Shown: positions 10,293 to 20,121, counted from the first letter of the stretch. The stretch: DNA of 64,000 nucleotides from Alphaproteobacteria bacterium (GCA_025800285.1 JAOXRX010000062.1:2346-66345); one strand, 5' to 3'. Notes: generated from the letters alone by a model not told the origin. A program made the numbers and translations.

Positions 10293-10751
10293 ATGGGGGG
10301 CTCAAAAACTTTTCCCTTCCCTATAGTAAAAGGCTTAAAACTAAGAACTTCTGGTTATGAAGGGTTGTATATATTGGCAGATAAAAAATCAAAGAATTGG
10401 GCTTATAAGCAATTAGGAGCTAACATAAAATCATACATAGATGATTCTTTTTTAAGTTATAAAGATATATCTGAAAAAACAGGTTTAGATACCGAGCTAA
10501 TCAAAAACTTTCTAAGAAATTCATTTGAAAATAAAGAAAACTTAGATAAGTATTTTAAGAACTCTATAGTAAAAGGAAGAAAAAAACATCATTCTTCTAC
10601 ACAAATTTATTTAGACTCTAGCGAAGAGGCCTTAAACTGGTTCAAGCAAGAAATAAAAGTAAAAAGACCTTCAATTGAAGAGGCTAAAAAGACTAAAATA
10701 GTACCTATCTTAAACACAAAAAAAGTTATATCTGAAAGTCTTGTTATATAA
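10293..10751 (+). CDS. Hypothetical lysine-rich protein, 152 aa, sharing the SSEEALNWFKQEIK motif with the 9181-9786 ORF.
   Basis: ORF with RBS GAAAGG. Contains IYLDSSEEALNWFKQEIKVKR, a module similar to those in the neighbouring gene. Confidence 0.45.
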   Translation: MGGSKTFPFPIVKGLKLRTSGYEGLYILADKKSKNWAYKQLGANIKSYIDDSFLSYKDISEKTGLDTELIKNFLRNSFENKENLDKYFKNSIVKGRKKHHSSTQIYLDSSEEALNWFKQEIKVKRPSIEEAKKTKIVPILNTKKVISESLVI

Positions 10752-10753
10752 TT

Positions 10754-11185
10754 TTAGTTAAGAACTAAATCGTTCTGTTTATTTATATTATCTTTACCGC
10801 TATTAGCAATGTTAATAATCTGCTTATTGTATTCTTTCATTAATTTTGGATTATTTCTAATTCTCTTTTTATAATTATTGATTCTTAATAAGCTATTTAC
10901 ACTACCTTTGTTTAAATTACCTTTTAAAAATGACTTTAATAAATCTTTATTTTTACTTTTAATAATTTTTCTTATAAAAAAAACTTCATAATCTTTAATT
11001 ACAGGTTTTTTAGCATCTAATCTTTCTTTATAAGAGCTTAAACACTGTTTGTATTCACTGTTTTCTTCTAACAACAGATTAAACTTTTTTTCTTGTCCTA
11101 CATTTATAATTTTAGGAGAAGCTGCTACAACAATAATAGCACCTAAAACAAGAGTTACATTTGATTTTAATATTTGTTTTAACAT
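10754..11185 (-). CDS. Hypothetical secreted or membrane-anchored lysine-rich protein, 143 aa.
   Basis: N-terminal hydrophobic segment VTLVLGAIIVVAASP (signal peptide or anchor). No known domain. Confidence 0.45.
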   Translation of the reverse strand: MLKQILKSNVTLVLGAIIVVAASPKIINVGQEKKFNLLLEENSEYKQCLSSYKERLDAKKPVIKDYEVFFIRKIIKSKNKDLLKSFLKGNLNKGSVNSLLRINNYKKRIRNNPKLMKEYNKQIINIANSGKDNINKQNDLVLN

Positions 11186-11292
11186 TTTTTCTTCCTTTTT
11201 TTACAGTATTTTATCATAAAAAAGAGTAAAAATCAACATAAGGTGGTAAATTTACCACCTTATGTTATTAAAAATTAAAAAATAAATTAACT

Positions 11293-12744
11293 TTAACCTA
11301 ATTTTTCTTTAAGTAATTTATTTGCAATACCTGGGTTTGCTTTACCTTGAGACTTTTTCATAACCTGTCCAACAAAGAAACCAAATATTCTATCATTACC
11401 ACCTTGATAGTCAGCTACTTGAGTTTGATTTTCAGCAATAACCTCATCTACAATAGCTTCAATAGCTCCAGTGTCTGTAACCTGTTTCAAGCCTTTTTCT
11501 TCAACTATAGTAGAAGGATCTTTGCTTGTTTCAAACATAACTTCAAACACTTGTTTTGCTATCTTACCAGATATAGTGTTGTCCTCAATTAACCCCACTA
11601 ATTCACCTAATTGTTTCGCTGATATAGGGCTATTTTCTAACTCAATTAAGTTTTTGTTTAATATCCCTAATAATTCTGAAACTAACCAATTAGAAACAAG
11701 TTTACCATCTTTCCCTGCAGCAGCTTCTTCATAAAAATCTGCACGGTACTTCTCTTGAGTTAAGATATCTGCATCATAATCTGTAATTCCATATTCTTTT
11801 ACAAATCGTTCTCTTTTAGCATCTGGAAGCTCTGGTAAAGTTTTTCTAACATCCTCAATAAACTCATCAGTAATTACTAAAGGAAGCAAGTCTGGATCTG
11901 GGAAGTATCTATAATCATGAGCATCTTCTTTTGATCTCATAACTCTAGTTTCTCCTTTGTTTATATCCCATAGAAGAGTACATTGATCGATAGTTCCACC
12001 AGCTTCAAGAGTTTTAACTTGATACATAGACTCATAAGCAATTGCATTTTCAATATGCTTAATAGAGTTCATATTTTTAATTTCACGACGAGTTCCTAAT
12101 CCTTCACCCACTCTATTAACAGACACATTAACATCAGCTCTCATAGAACCTTGATCCATATTACCATCACATGTTTCTAGATATCTAACTATGGATCTTA
12201 GTTTTCTAAAGTAAGCACCAGCCTCTTCCGCAGAATGAATATCTGGCTTAGAAACAATTTCCATTAGACAAACACCTGAACGATTTAAATCAATAAATGT
12301 TTTTCTTGGATGCATGTCATGAATTGATTTACCAGCATCTTGCTCGATGTGTAACTGCTCAATTCTAACTTTTTTAATATAGTCTCCCATATTAACCTCG
12401 ACAACACCCTCTCCTACTAGAGCTTGTCCAGCTGGCTGAGTAATCTGATAACCTTGAGGTAAATCAGCATAGAAATAATTTTTTCTAGCGAAAACTGATT
12501 TTTTATTAATAATAGCATTAAGACCAAGCCCTGTTTTAACAGCTTGTCTAACACATTCCATATTTACAACTGGAAGCATCCCCGGCATAGCAGCATCAAC
12601 TAATGAAACATTGCTATTTGGTTCTGCACCGAATGTTGTTGGAGCTCCTGAGAACAGTTTACTATTTGAAATAACTTGAGCATGCACTTCAAGCCCGATA
12701 ACTATTTCCCAATCTCCAGTATTTCCTTTTATAATTTTTCTCAT
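11293..12744 (-). CDS. gatB: Aspartyl/glutamyl-tRNA(Asn/Gln) amidotransferase subunit B.
   Basis: Full-length GatB architecture: N-terminal [13 protein letters not shown], conserved central region, and a C-terminal GatB/YqeY domain. Confidence 0.95.
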   Translation of the reverse strand: MRKIIKGNTGDWEIVIGLEVHAQVISNSKLFSGAPTTFGAEPNSNVSLVDAAMPGMLPVVNMECVRQAVKTGLGLNAIINKKSVFARKNYFYADLPQGYQITQPAGQALVGEGVVEVNMGDYIKKVRIEQLHIEQDAGKSIHDMHPRKTFIDLNRSGVCLMEIVSKPDIHSAEEAGAYFRKLRSIVRYLETCDGNMDQGSMRADVNVSVNRVGEGLGTRREIKNMNSIKHIENAIAYESMYQVKTLEAGGTIDQCTLLWDINKGETRVMRSKEDAHDYRYFPDPDLLPLVITDEFIEDVRKTLPELPDAKRERFVKEYGITDYDADILTQEKYRADFYEEAAAGKDGKLVSNWLVSELLGILNKNLIELENSPISAKQLGELVGLIEDNTISGKIAKQVFEVMFETSKDPSTIVEEKGLKQVTDTGAIEAIVDEVIAENQTQVADYQGGNDRIFGFFVGQVMKKSQGKANPGIANKLLKEKLG

Positions 12745-12770
12745 TTTTTATTCCTTTTACCTCTTTTTTT

Positions 12771-12836
12771 TAATACTCTCCCCCTGTGGGAGGGTCGAAA
12801 CTAGTTTTGCTAGTTTCGGGGAGGGGTGCAATTTTC
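12771..12836. repeat. GC-rich hairpin repeat, copy 1 (ctctccccctgtgggaggg...cgaaactag-ttttg-ctagtttcg...gggagggg). It overlaps the 3' end of the DUF559 gene.
   Basis: Nested inverted repeats. It resembles the copies at 13205-13272 and 13300-13390 and stands out as a GC-rich island in AT-rich DNA. Confidence 0.5.
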
Positions 12837-13211
12837 ATTGCATATTACATCATTTATTCTTTCAATGCAACCCTCAATATTTTCTAATATATCGTTGTTC
12901 CAAAATCTTAAAACTTTAAAATCACGATCTCTCAAATCTTTATCCCTTTGTTTGTCCTTTTCGCTACCACAATGTTGGCTACCATCTAATTCTATAATCA
13001 ACTTTCTTTCTAAACAAATAAAGTCAACAATGTATTTATTGTCTAAGACATACTGTCTACGAAATTTAACTCCCAATTGTTTATTTCTAATAAACTTCCA
13101 CAATATAATTTCTTCTTTTGTTGATGCCTTTCTCATATTTCTTGAAAATGTTTTGATATTTTCTTTTATTTGAGTATGACAAGGATTATCATATATAGAG
13201 CTATTAACCAT
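12810..13211 (-). CDS. DUF559 / Vsr-like (very-short-patch-repair endonuclease fold) endonuclease-domain protein, 133 aa.
   Basis: C-terminal motif FKVLRFWNNDILENIEGCIERI, typical of the DUF559 restriction-endonuclease-like family. GC-rich hairpin repeats overlap both termini. Confidence 0.65.
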   Translation of the reverse strand: MVNSSIYDNPCHTQIKENIKTFSRNMRKASTKEEIILWKFIRNKQLGVKFRRQYVLDNKYIVDFICLERKLIIELDGSQHCGSEKDKQRDKDLRDRDFKVLRFWNNDILENIEGCIERINDVICNENCTPPRN

Positions 13212-13390
13212 ATATACCCTCCCCTTGTGGTAGGGTCAAATCTGCGAGCAGATGTGGGGAGGGTTGCATAATTGAAAAGATAGAACTAAACACTTATATT
13301 GCACCCCTCACCCAATCGAGCTTCGCCCTTCGACAAGCTCAGGGAACTTGCTCTCTTGGACTCTCCCACAAAGGGAGAGTATTTAATGCA
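13205..13390. repeat. Two more copies of the GC-rich hairpin repeat, 13205-13272 (accctcccc...gtggggaggg) and 13300-13390 (..ctctccc-acaaa-gggagag..).
   Basis: Same ccctccc / gggaggg palindromic core as copy 1. Perfect 7-bp stem ctctccc/gggagag at 13358-13376. Confidence 0.5.
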
Positions 13391-13437
13391 TGTAATTTTC
13401 CTTTTGATAATTTTTCTTATCATTTGTTTGCTTTCTT

Positions 13438-14160
13438 TTATTTTTTATAAAAAGGTGCTATAACCTTTTTAGTTTCCCAACTAGAATCTCCTGTTAAAGA
13501 TAAAATCTTATTAGTAAGCTTAACCACTTCTTTTATTTCTTTATTTTTAAATGATGTGTGAAAAACTTTACTAAATTCTTTATACATTTTTTCATCTTGC
13601 TTATTTAAAGCTCTTAATCTATGTTTTTCAACTCTAGTAGTTGACCACATTTTGTTATATCTTAAATAAAAATCAGAAAGAGTCCCATACAACAAACTAA
13701 GAGAAGTATAAAAATCACTTTCATTCTTTGCACCAATAACATCATCTCTAGCATCAGCTATTATATGTTTATAAGTGTATATTTCTTGTTTAGACAATAC
13801 TTTAGGACCTTTTTTAAGAAGTTTCTTAGCTTTGTTCTGTATTCTTTTACTTACTTTGTTTTCTATCATAGGTTTAGCAAAACCTAACATATATAAAGCT
13901 CCACCGGTCCCCAAGTTCCTAGCTCTTTCAAACCATAAATTAAGGCTTTTTTCAGAATTAAAGAATAATTCAACAGGGAAATCTTTATAATAAAAACTTT
14001 TTCTATATGCTTTAGGTAAATCTTTATCTGACATAATTATTTGTATATCTATATCAGAAGCTTTTGTTTCTAATCCACTTGCAAAAGACCCGCATAAAAA
14101 TACAGTTTTAGCTTTTGGATATTTCTTAATTATATCATTAACTATTTCTAAATGTTTCAT
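13438..14160 (-). CDS. Nucleotidyltransferase of the Pol-beta superfamily (KNTase / aminoglycoside-nucleotidyltransferase-like; N-terminal NT domain plus C-terminal helical domain), 240 aa.
   Basis: Motif LCGSFASGLETKASDIDIQII (GS-x9-DxD signature). The start codon lies 1 nt from the gatA stop. RBS AGAGGG. Confidence 0.65.
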   Translation of the reverse strand: MKHLEIVNDIIKKYPKAKTVFLCGSFASGLETKASDIDIQIIMSDKDLPKAYRKSFYYKDFPVELFFNSEKSLNLWFERARNLGTGGALYMLGFAKPMIENKVSKRIQNKAKKLLKKGPKVLSKQEIYTYKHIIADARDDVIGAKNESDFYTSLSLLYGTLSDFYLRYNKMWSTTRVEKHRLRALNKQDEKMYKEFSKVFHTSFKNKEIKEVVKLTNKILSLTGDSSWETKKVIAPFYKK

Positions 14161-14161
14161 A

Positions 14162-15637
14162 TTACCCTCTTATATCTGGAGTTAATTCAAAGCCTGCTAC
14201 TCTTTCAAGAGCATCTGCTACTTTTATAACTGTTTCTTCATCAAAAGCTTTACCTATTAATTGAACACCAATTGGTAATCCATTCTCTGCTTTAGCAACT
14301 GGAACTGAAATACCTGGCAAACCAGCCATTGATGTAGGAATTGTAAATACATCCCCCATATACATTTCAACTGGAGACAACTCATCTTCAATTGCATATG
14401 CTGTTGTTGGAGTAACTGGAGTTAATATAGCATCTACTTTCTCAAATGCTTCTTTAAAGTCTTGAGATATAAGAGTTCTAACTTTTTGAGCTTTTGTATA
14501 GTAAGCATCATAATATCCTGCAGAAAGAACATATGTTCCAACCAATATTCTTCTTCTTACTTCTTCACCAAAGCCTTCTGCTCTAGTTTTTGCATACATA
14601 TCATCCAGAGAAGAAACTTTCTCTTCGGTTCTGTGTCCATATCTAACACCATCATATCTAGCTAAGTTAGCTGAGGCTTCAGCTGGAGCTACGATATAAT
14701 ATGTTGAAACAGCATATTTAGTATGAGGTAAAGAAATATCTATTATTTCCGCACCTTGTTTTTTTAATAACTCTGCTGCTTTATCCCATGCTGATTTAAT
14801 TTCAGTTGACATATTATCACTTCTGTATTCAGCTGGAATACCAATTTTCATTCCAGCTATATCTTGCCCTATCATAGCAGATAAGTTTGGAACTGGCAAG
14901 TTAACTGATGTAGAGTCCTTTGGATCAAACCCCATCATGTTCTCTAGCATTAAAGCTGTGTCAGCAACTGTTCTACACATTGCACCTGATTGATCAAGAG
15001 AACTAGCAAAAGCTACAACTCCCCACCTTGAACATCTACCATATGTTGGTTTCATTCCCACAATACCTGTAAATGATGCAGGTTGTCTAATTGAGCCACC
15101 TGTATCAGTTCCTGTAGCTCCAATTGCTGCGAAAGAAGCAACTGCTGCCGCAGAACCACCTGATGATCCTCCTGGGACAATATGAGCATCTGTTCTTGTT
15201 TTATCTTTCCATGGGTTCATAACTGGTCCAAAATAAGAAGTCTTATTTGATCCTCCCATAGCATATTCATCATTAGAAACTTTTCCTAATAAAACCACAC
15301 CGGCATCAGCAAGATTTTGAGATACTGTTGATTCATATTCAGGAACAAAATTCTCTAGCATTCTTGATGCTGCTGTTGTTTTAATACCTTTTGTGCAGAA
15401 TAAATCTTTCATTGCTATTGGCAAACCATCCATTGGCAAAGCTTTACCTTCAGCTCTTCTTTTATCTGATTCTTCTGCTTGTTTTAAAGCTACATCTCTA
15501 GTTTCTGTTATGTAAGAATTTAACTCTTTTGTAGCATCCATAGCATCAAAATAAGCTTTAACTAGTTCAACAGCTGTAAAATCTTTGTTTTCTAGCCCTT
15601 TTAGAGCATCAATCATTGTTAGTTCATTTAATTTCAT
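14162..15637 (-). CDS. gatA: Glutamyl-tRNA(Gln) amidotransferase subunit A.
   Basis: Amidase signature region [12 protein letters not shown] and full-length GatA. Confidence 0.95.
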   Translation of the reverse strand: MKLNELTMIDALKGLENKDFTAVELVKAYFDAMDATKELNSYITETRDVALKQAEESDKRRAEGKALPMDGLPIAMKDLFCTKGIKTTAASRMLENFVPEYESTVSQNLADAGVVLLGKVSNDEYAMGGSNKTSYFGPVMNPWKDKTRTDAHIVPGGSSGGSAAAVASFAAIGATGTDTGGSIRQPASFTGIVGMKPTYGRCSRWGVVAFASSLDQSGAMCRTVADTALMLENMMGFDPKDSTSVNLPVPNLSAMIGQDIAGMKIGIPAEYRSDNMSTEIKSAWDKAAELLKKQGAEIIDISLPHTKYAVSTYYIVAPAEASANLARYDGVRYGHRTEEKVSSLDDMYAKTRAEGFGEEVRRRILVGTYVLSAGYYDAYYTKAQKVRTLISQDFKEAFEKVDAILTPVTPTTAYAIEDELSPVEMYMGDVFTIPTSMAGLPGISVPVAKAENGLPIGVQLIGKAFDEETVIKVADALERVAGFELTPDIRG

Positions 15638-15643
15638 ATCTTT

Positions 15644-15931
15644 TTACTCCACTACTTTAGGAACAGTGAAGAATCCCTCTTCCGCCTCTGTTGCATTTGA
15701 TAACACTTTTTCAGGATAATTCCCATCGTTAATAACATCTTCTCTCTGTCTTAAAACCATATCATAAGTTGATGTCATTGGTTCAACTCCATCTGTATTA
15801 ACTTCAGCTAATTGTTCTGCTAGTTCTAAAATAGTTGATAAGTCATCTTTATACTCATCTAACTGTTCTTCTTTTATCTCTATTCTAGCAAGCTTAGCAA
15901 TCTTCTTTATATCTTTTGTTTCTAATGCCAT
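15644..15931 (-). CDS. gatC: Glutamyl-tRNA(Gln) amidotransferase subunit C.
   Basis: 95 aa with a GatC-like sequence, lying immediately upstream of gatA. Confidence 0.9.
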   Translation of the reverse strand: MALETKDIKKIAKLARIEIKEEQLDEYKDDLSTILELAEQLAEVNTDGVEPMTSTYDMVLRQREDVINDGNYPEKVLSNATEAEEGFFTVPKVVE

Positions 15932-16101
15932 TCTTAAACCTTTCTAATTTATAAAATAGATTTTATTTTATTAACATTTTTATACTCTAAAATCAAGTTT
16001 TATTAACAATATTTTTTCTCTCAGATCATACAATAAGATATAATACACCTGTTATAAAGAATAAAACTTCTAAAAAAGTAAAAAAAGCCAAAAGATTTTG
16101 C

Positions 16102-16899
16102 TTAAACTAAATTCATAGAGTTTTTTATACTATGTTCTAGAGTATCGTAATGACTCATCCCATAAACAACTAGAACAACATCCTCCGAGATAAAAATATC
16201 CTCAATTTCATCTAAAACTTTTTTGTCTCGGATTTTTGTTAAATCTCCTGATATTGTTGAAATTTCATCTCTGTCAAATGGAGCGGTCATATTTGATTTA
16301 TAATTATCATAACTTAAATCTTTTTTATATTTAGACTTAAACCAATTTTTGAATTTATCAAAAGATATTTCATCTTTATCTAAATTTAAAATTTTAATCC
16401 TATATAAATAAAATTTATCATCTTTATAAGCTTTTGCTCTTTTTATAAAATTATCTTTATATTTTTCTATCTTAAAATTATTCAAATACCTTAAGTAATA
16501 ATAAAAAGCTATATCTATTTTTTCATAACCCAACTTTATTAACTCTGATATTTGTTCATCAAAACAAGGCTCACCAAAAACTATCCCTCTCCCTCCACAT
16601 TTATTTATAGCATAAGAAAACTCTGAACATTTTTGTTTTTTATCTAATATTTTTTTAATAAAAGGTTTAAAACTTTTATCTCTTTCTATTATAACCTTAT
16701 CAATCTTAAACTCTTTAAAAGCTTTATCAATTAAAGAAAAAGTTTTAGCATTTTCCCCATGTTTTGCTGCGACAAATATTAGAGTTTTAGTATTCTTATT
16801 AAAAACATTAATTGAAGGCTCTCTTCTTGGAGAACTTATTTGAGAGAATCTTTTAATTAAATCTTTGTCAAACTTTATCTTCATAAAGAAACTATACAT
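16102..16899 (-). CDS. Hypothetical protein, 265 aa. No confident domain assignment.
   Basis: ORF of ordinary size and codon usage. No family recognised. Confidence 0.45.
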   Translation of the reverse strand: MYSFFMKIKFDKDLIKRFSQISSPRREPSINVFNKNTKTLIFVAAKHGENAKTFSLIDKAFKEFKIDKVIIERDKSFKPFIKKILDKKQKCSEFSYAINKCGGRGIVFGEPCFDEQISELIKLGYEKIDIAFYYYLRYLNNFKIEKYKDNFIKRAKAYKDDKFYLYRIKILNLDKDEISFDKFKNWFKSKYKKDLSYDNYKSNMTAPFDRDEISTISGDLTKIRDKKVLDEIEDIFISEDVVLVVYGMSHYDTLEHSIKNSMNLV

Positions 16900-16964
16900 T
16901 TAAAAACACTATAAAACAAGTTTTTTATTGCCTTTTTCTATACTATGGTATATTTTTAATTCCT

Positions 16965-18044
16965 ATGACACATAACTCAAAAATAATAATAGATAAGAAT
17001 GCTATAAGATATAATACATCTGTTATAAAAAAGAAAACTTCTAAAAAAGCTAAAATATCAGCTGTTATTAAAGCAAATGCTTATGGTGTTGGAGGTCAAA
17101 AAATTGCTCCACTACTTTACCAAGAAGGAATTAGAGACTTTTTTGTAGCTCATTTTAAAGAGGCTAAAAATATAAAAAGATCTCTAAAGTTTAAAAAGGC
17201 AAACATATATATACTATATGACTTTGCAGAAGATAATTATAAAAACATAATTAGAAAAGCTTTTATTCCTGTATTAAATACTCCTGAGGATATTATCCTA
17301 TGGCATAAAGTAGCTAAAAACAAACCTTGTGTTATACATTTAGATACAGGATTGTCTAGGTTAGGAATTGATGAAGAAAAAATTAAATCTTTAAGAAATC
17401 AAAATATATTTGAAGAGCTAAACATAGCTTATGTTATGTCTCATTTCTCTTCAGCCAATATTGAGGATTCATCTGCTTGTGAAAGAGAATACAAAGAATT
17501 TAGACGATTAGTAAAATACTTTCCTAAAGGAACTAAATTATCTATCGCTAACTCTGGAGGTATATTTAGAAATAAAAAATATCATTTAGATATGGTTAGA
17601 GCTGGAAGAACTTTTTATGGTTTATCTCCATTATATAATGAAAACAATGAACTAAAATCAGCTATAAGCTTAAAAGCAAATGTTTTACAAATAAAAGAAG
17701 TGAAAAAAGGTCAAAAAATTGGTTATCTAGGGACATATAAAGCTAAAAAGAATGGTAAAATAGCTATTGTCAATATAGGATATGCTGATTCTCTTCTAAG
17801 AGGACACTCTAATAATGGGTTTTTATATTTCAAAGGGCAGAAACTTCCTATAATAGGGTTAATATCTATGGATGTTGCAACCGTAGATATTAGTAACTTA
17901 AAAAATGAAGAAATAAAGCAAGGAGATTTTTTAGAAGTATTAGGAGAAAATCAATCTGTTGATGAGTTAGGATCTTGTGCTAACACAAATGGTTGTGAAA
18001 TCTTAACAAAGCTATCTACAAGATATGATTGGATTTTTAAATAA
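16965..18044 (+). CDS. alr: Alanine racemase.
   Basis: PLP-lysine motif AVIKANAYGVG and a C-terminal beta-domain of the right length (359 aa). Confidence 0.85.
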   Translation: MTHNSKIIIDKNAIRYNTSVIKKKTSKKAKISAVIKANAYGVGGQKIAPLLYQEGIRDFFVAHFKEAKNIKRSLKFKKANIYILYDFAEDNYKNIIRKAFIPVLNTPEDIILWHKVAKNKPCVIHLDTGLSRLGIDEEKIKSLRNQNIFEELNIAYVMSHFSSANIEDSSACEREYKEFRRLVKYFPKGTKLSIANSGGIFRNKKYHLDMVRAGRTFYGLSPLYNENNELKSAISLKANVLQIKEVKKGQKIGYLGTYKAKKNGKIAIVNIGYADSLLRGHSNNGFLYFKGQKLPIIGLISMDVATVDISNLKNEEIKQGDFLEVLGENQSVDELGSCANTNGCEILTKLSTRYDWIFK

Positions 18045-18216
18045 AAACCCCTTGATTTTTTAAAAAACTTATGATATATTCTTTTCAAGAAATTCAAAAA
18101 TAGGAACGAATAAAAAATTATGACAAAAAATTACTTACTTCTTAACAACCTTCTACTGCTTCTTAGGAAAGCAGAGTTTTGTGTTGAATAAGTAATTAAA
18201 AATTTCAATTTAAAAA

Positions 18217-18248
18217 CTCTGCTGATTAAAAAGCAGAGTTTTTTTTAT
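18217..18248 (+). terminator. Rho-independent terminator after alr (stem ctctgct/agcagag plus T8). A weaker related hairpin lies at 18148-18178.
   Basis: Inverted repeat followed by a T-run. Confidence 0.55.
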
Positions 18249-18274
18249 AACTAATTAATAAGGAGAAAAAATAA

Positions 18275-18442
18275 TGACAAAAGAAATTAATAAAAATAAA
18301 GCTATTGGAGCAGCTGGAGTTGATGAAAAAATTAAGAGACATCCTCTTTACAGACCTGTTTTAAATTGGAGCAGGCAAGATAACAAACAACATAAATCTT
18401 CTACACCAAGTAAACAAGCGGGGTTATATCAACCAAATTAAA
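18275..18442 (+). CDS. Small hypothetical protein, 55 aa (MTKEINKNKAIGAAGVDEKIKRHPLYRPV...).
   Basis: Strong RBS AAGGAGAAAAAATAATG. Below the cutoff of the ORF track. Confidence 0.3.
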
Positions 18443-18475
18443 AAAGCACTTAACTAAAATTTAAAGGAAAAGAAC

Positions 18476-18676
18476 ATGTCAGAAAAAACAAAAGATGAAA
18501 TTGTAATTTTTTCTTCAGATACAGTGCAAACGGGCAAACCATTTATTGACCTTGATGATCCAAAAGTTCTCAAAGAGTTCCAAGAAGCAGGTAAAAGAAT
18601 GAATAAAATAGCAGGCTACCCTTCATTGCACCCTAAATACAAAGGGAAAAAACCAGATACACCTCAAAACACATAA
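18476..18676 (+). CDS. Small hypothetical protein, 66 aa, followed by terminator hairpin 18679-18703.
   Basis: RBS AAAGGAAAAGAACATG. Terminator aagacct/aggtctt plus T7 immediately downstream. Confidence 0.4.
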   Translation: MSEKTKDEIVIFSSDTVQTGKPFIDLDDPKVLKEFQEAGKRMNKIAGYPSLHPKYKGKKPDTPQNT

Positions 18677-18758
18677 AAAAAGACCTTTTCAGGTCTTTTT
18701 TTGTTGATTTTTACTTTAATTTTAATTATACAATATAGCTAAATTCAAGGAGATAAGC

Positions 18759-19406
18759 ATGAATAGTAAAATGGTTATAGCAATCGACGGTCCTGCGGGT
18801 GCGGGAAAAGGCACAGTAAGCAAAGCATTAGCAAAAGATTTAAACTTAGCATATATGGATACAGGAGCTCTTTATAGAGCCGTTGCATACTCAATGCTGG
18901 AGAACAATGCGAATATTGAAAATGCAGAAGAAGCAGGAAAATATGCTAGCATGCTAGGAAATGAGATATCTTTTGATGTTTTAAACTCTCCAAATTTGAG
19001 AACAGCTGAAGTTGGAATCGCTGTTTCTAAAATCGCAGCGATAACTGAAGTTAGAAAAGCTCTTTTTGAATGCCAGATTAATTTTGCTAAAAACCCTCCT
19101 TTAGATAAAAATGGAAGCATATTAGACGGAAGAGATATAGGTACTGTTATATGCCCTACTGCAGATTTTAAATTATTTGTAACAGCATCAGCTGAAGTTA
19201 GAGCAGAAAGAAGACATAAAGAATTGCTTGAAAAAGGTGAAAATATTGCATTTGAAACAGTATTAAATGATATTAGAGAAAGAGATGAGAGAGATTCAAA
19301 TAGAAAAGATGCTCCTTTAAAGCCAGCTGAAGATGCAATAATTATTGACACAAGTAACTTATCAATACTTGAAGCAATCAATAAATGTAAAGAGAATATA
19401 AAATAA
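18759..19406 (+). CDS. cmk: Cytidylate kinase.
   Basis: P-loop AIDGPAGAGKGTVSK and CMP-kinase length (215 aa). Confidence 0.9.
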   Translation: MNSKMVIAIDGPAGAGKGTVSKALAKDLNLAYMDTGALYRAVAYSMLENNANIENAEEAGKYASMLGNEISFDVLNSPNLRTAEVGIAVSKIAAITEVRKALFECQINFAKNPPLDKNGSILDGRDIGTVICPTADFKLFVTASAEVRAERRHKELLEKGENIAFETVLNDIRERDERDSNRKDAPLKPAEDAIIIDTSNLSILEAINKCKENIK

Positions 19407-19431
19407 GCTCGTAAAATAACAAGGTATAAAA

Positions 19432-20121
19432 ATGAAACTTTCAAAAAAAAATTTATTAAAAGCTAGTGTTTCTGGTGCTATTGCCATATCTTTTATATAT
19501 GGTGGCAAAGCCGTTTATGAAAAATACTTCAAAATAGAAAGAATTAATTTAACTACTGAAATTTTAAGAGCATACAATGCAGACAAGATAAAACATTGCG
19601 AAGAATTTAGAAGCGATGTATATATGTGTTATAAAAAAGCCCCAACTATAGGATATGGAACTAAACTCCCTTTAACAAAAGAAGAGATGAAAATAATTAA
19701 TATAAATACTAAAAATCCTAAAAAAATTAAAAAAGCTCAAGCTGAAATGCTATTATTTAAAAGATTAAACGATAGCAAGAGATATTTGTCCAAATATTCA
19801 TTTTATAAAAATGCTCCAGATAGTGTGAAAATGGCATTAACAGATATGTGCTACAATATGGGAATTGGCAGTCTATTAACTTTTAAAAACATGATAAGAT
19901 GCATAAAGAGTAAAGATTTTGATCAAGCCTCAAAAGAATGTATGAATAGCAACTATGGAAGAGAATTAACCACTAGAGCTTTATCAAACTCTTTATTAAT
20001 TAAAAGAGCATGTTCTTTTAATGAATTACTAAATCAAGCTCCAAAAATTGAGAGACCAGATATTAAAGGCATAAACAAAATAGACTTTCCTTTAGATGTT
20101 TGTATAAATAACCTATATTAA
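19432..20121 (+). CDS. GH24-family lysozyme-like muramidase with an N-terminal signal anchor.
   Basis: Motif CEEFRSDVYMCYKKAPTIGYGTKL (phage-lysozyme E...D...TIGYG pattern). N-terminal hydrophobic segment ASVSGAIAISFIYGG. Confidence 0.55.
   Translation: MKLSKKNLLKASVSGAIAISFIYGGKAVYEKYFKIERINLTTEILRAYNADKIKHCEEFRSDVYMCYKKAPTIGYGTKLPLTKEEMKIININTKNPKKIKKAQAEMLLFKRLNDSKRYLSKYSFYKNAPDSVKMALTDMCYNMGIGSLLTFKNMIRCIKSKDFDQASKECMNSNYGRELTTRALSNSLLIKRACSFNELLNQAPKIERPDIKGINKIDFPLDVCINNLY

Noticed and set aside
9858-10751. Possibility that ORFs 9858-10181 and 10293-10751 are one gene disrupted by frameshifts at poly-A or poly-G tracts (a pseudogene or phase variation)
   Set aside because: The two ORFs are in the same frame but separated by TAA plus further in-frame stops (TGA at 10191, TAG nearby). 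The second ORF has its own RBS (GAAAGG). Two separate small genes is the simpler reading, although a homopolymer G6 at 10296-10301 is present.
18872-19444. 190-aa minus-strand ORF inside cmk
   Set aside because: It is antisense to a well-supported cmk gene with a clear P-loop and has low-complexity S/L/F-rich translation typical of an antisense frame.
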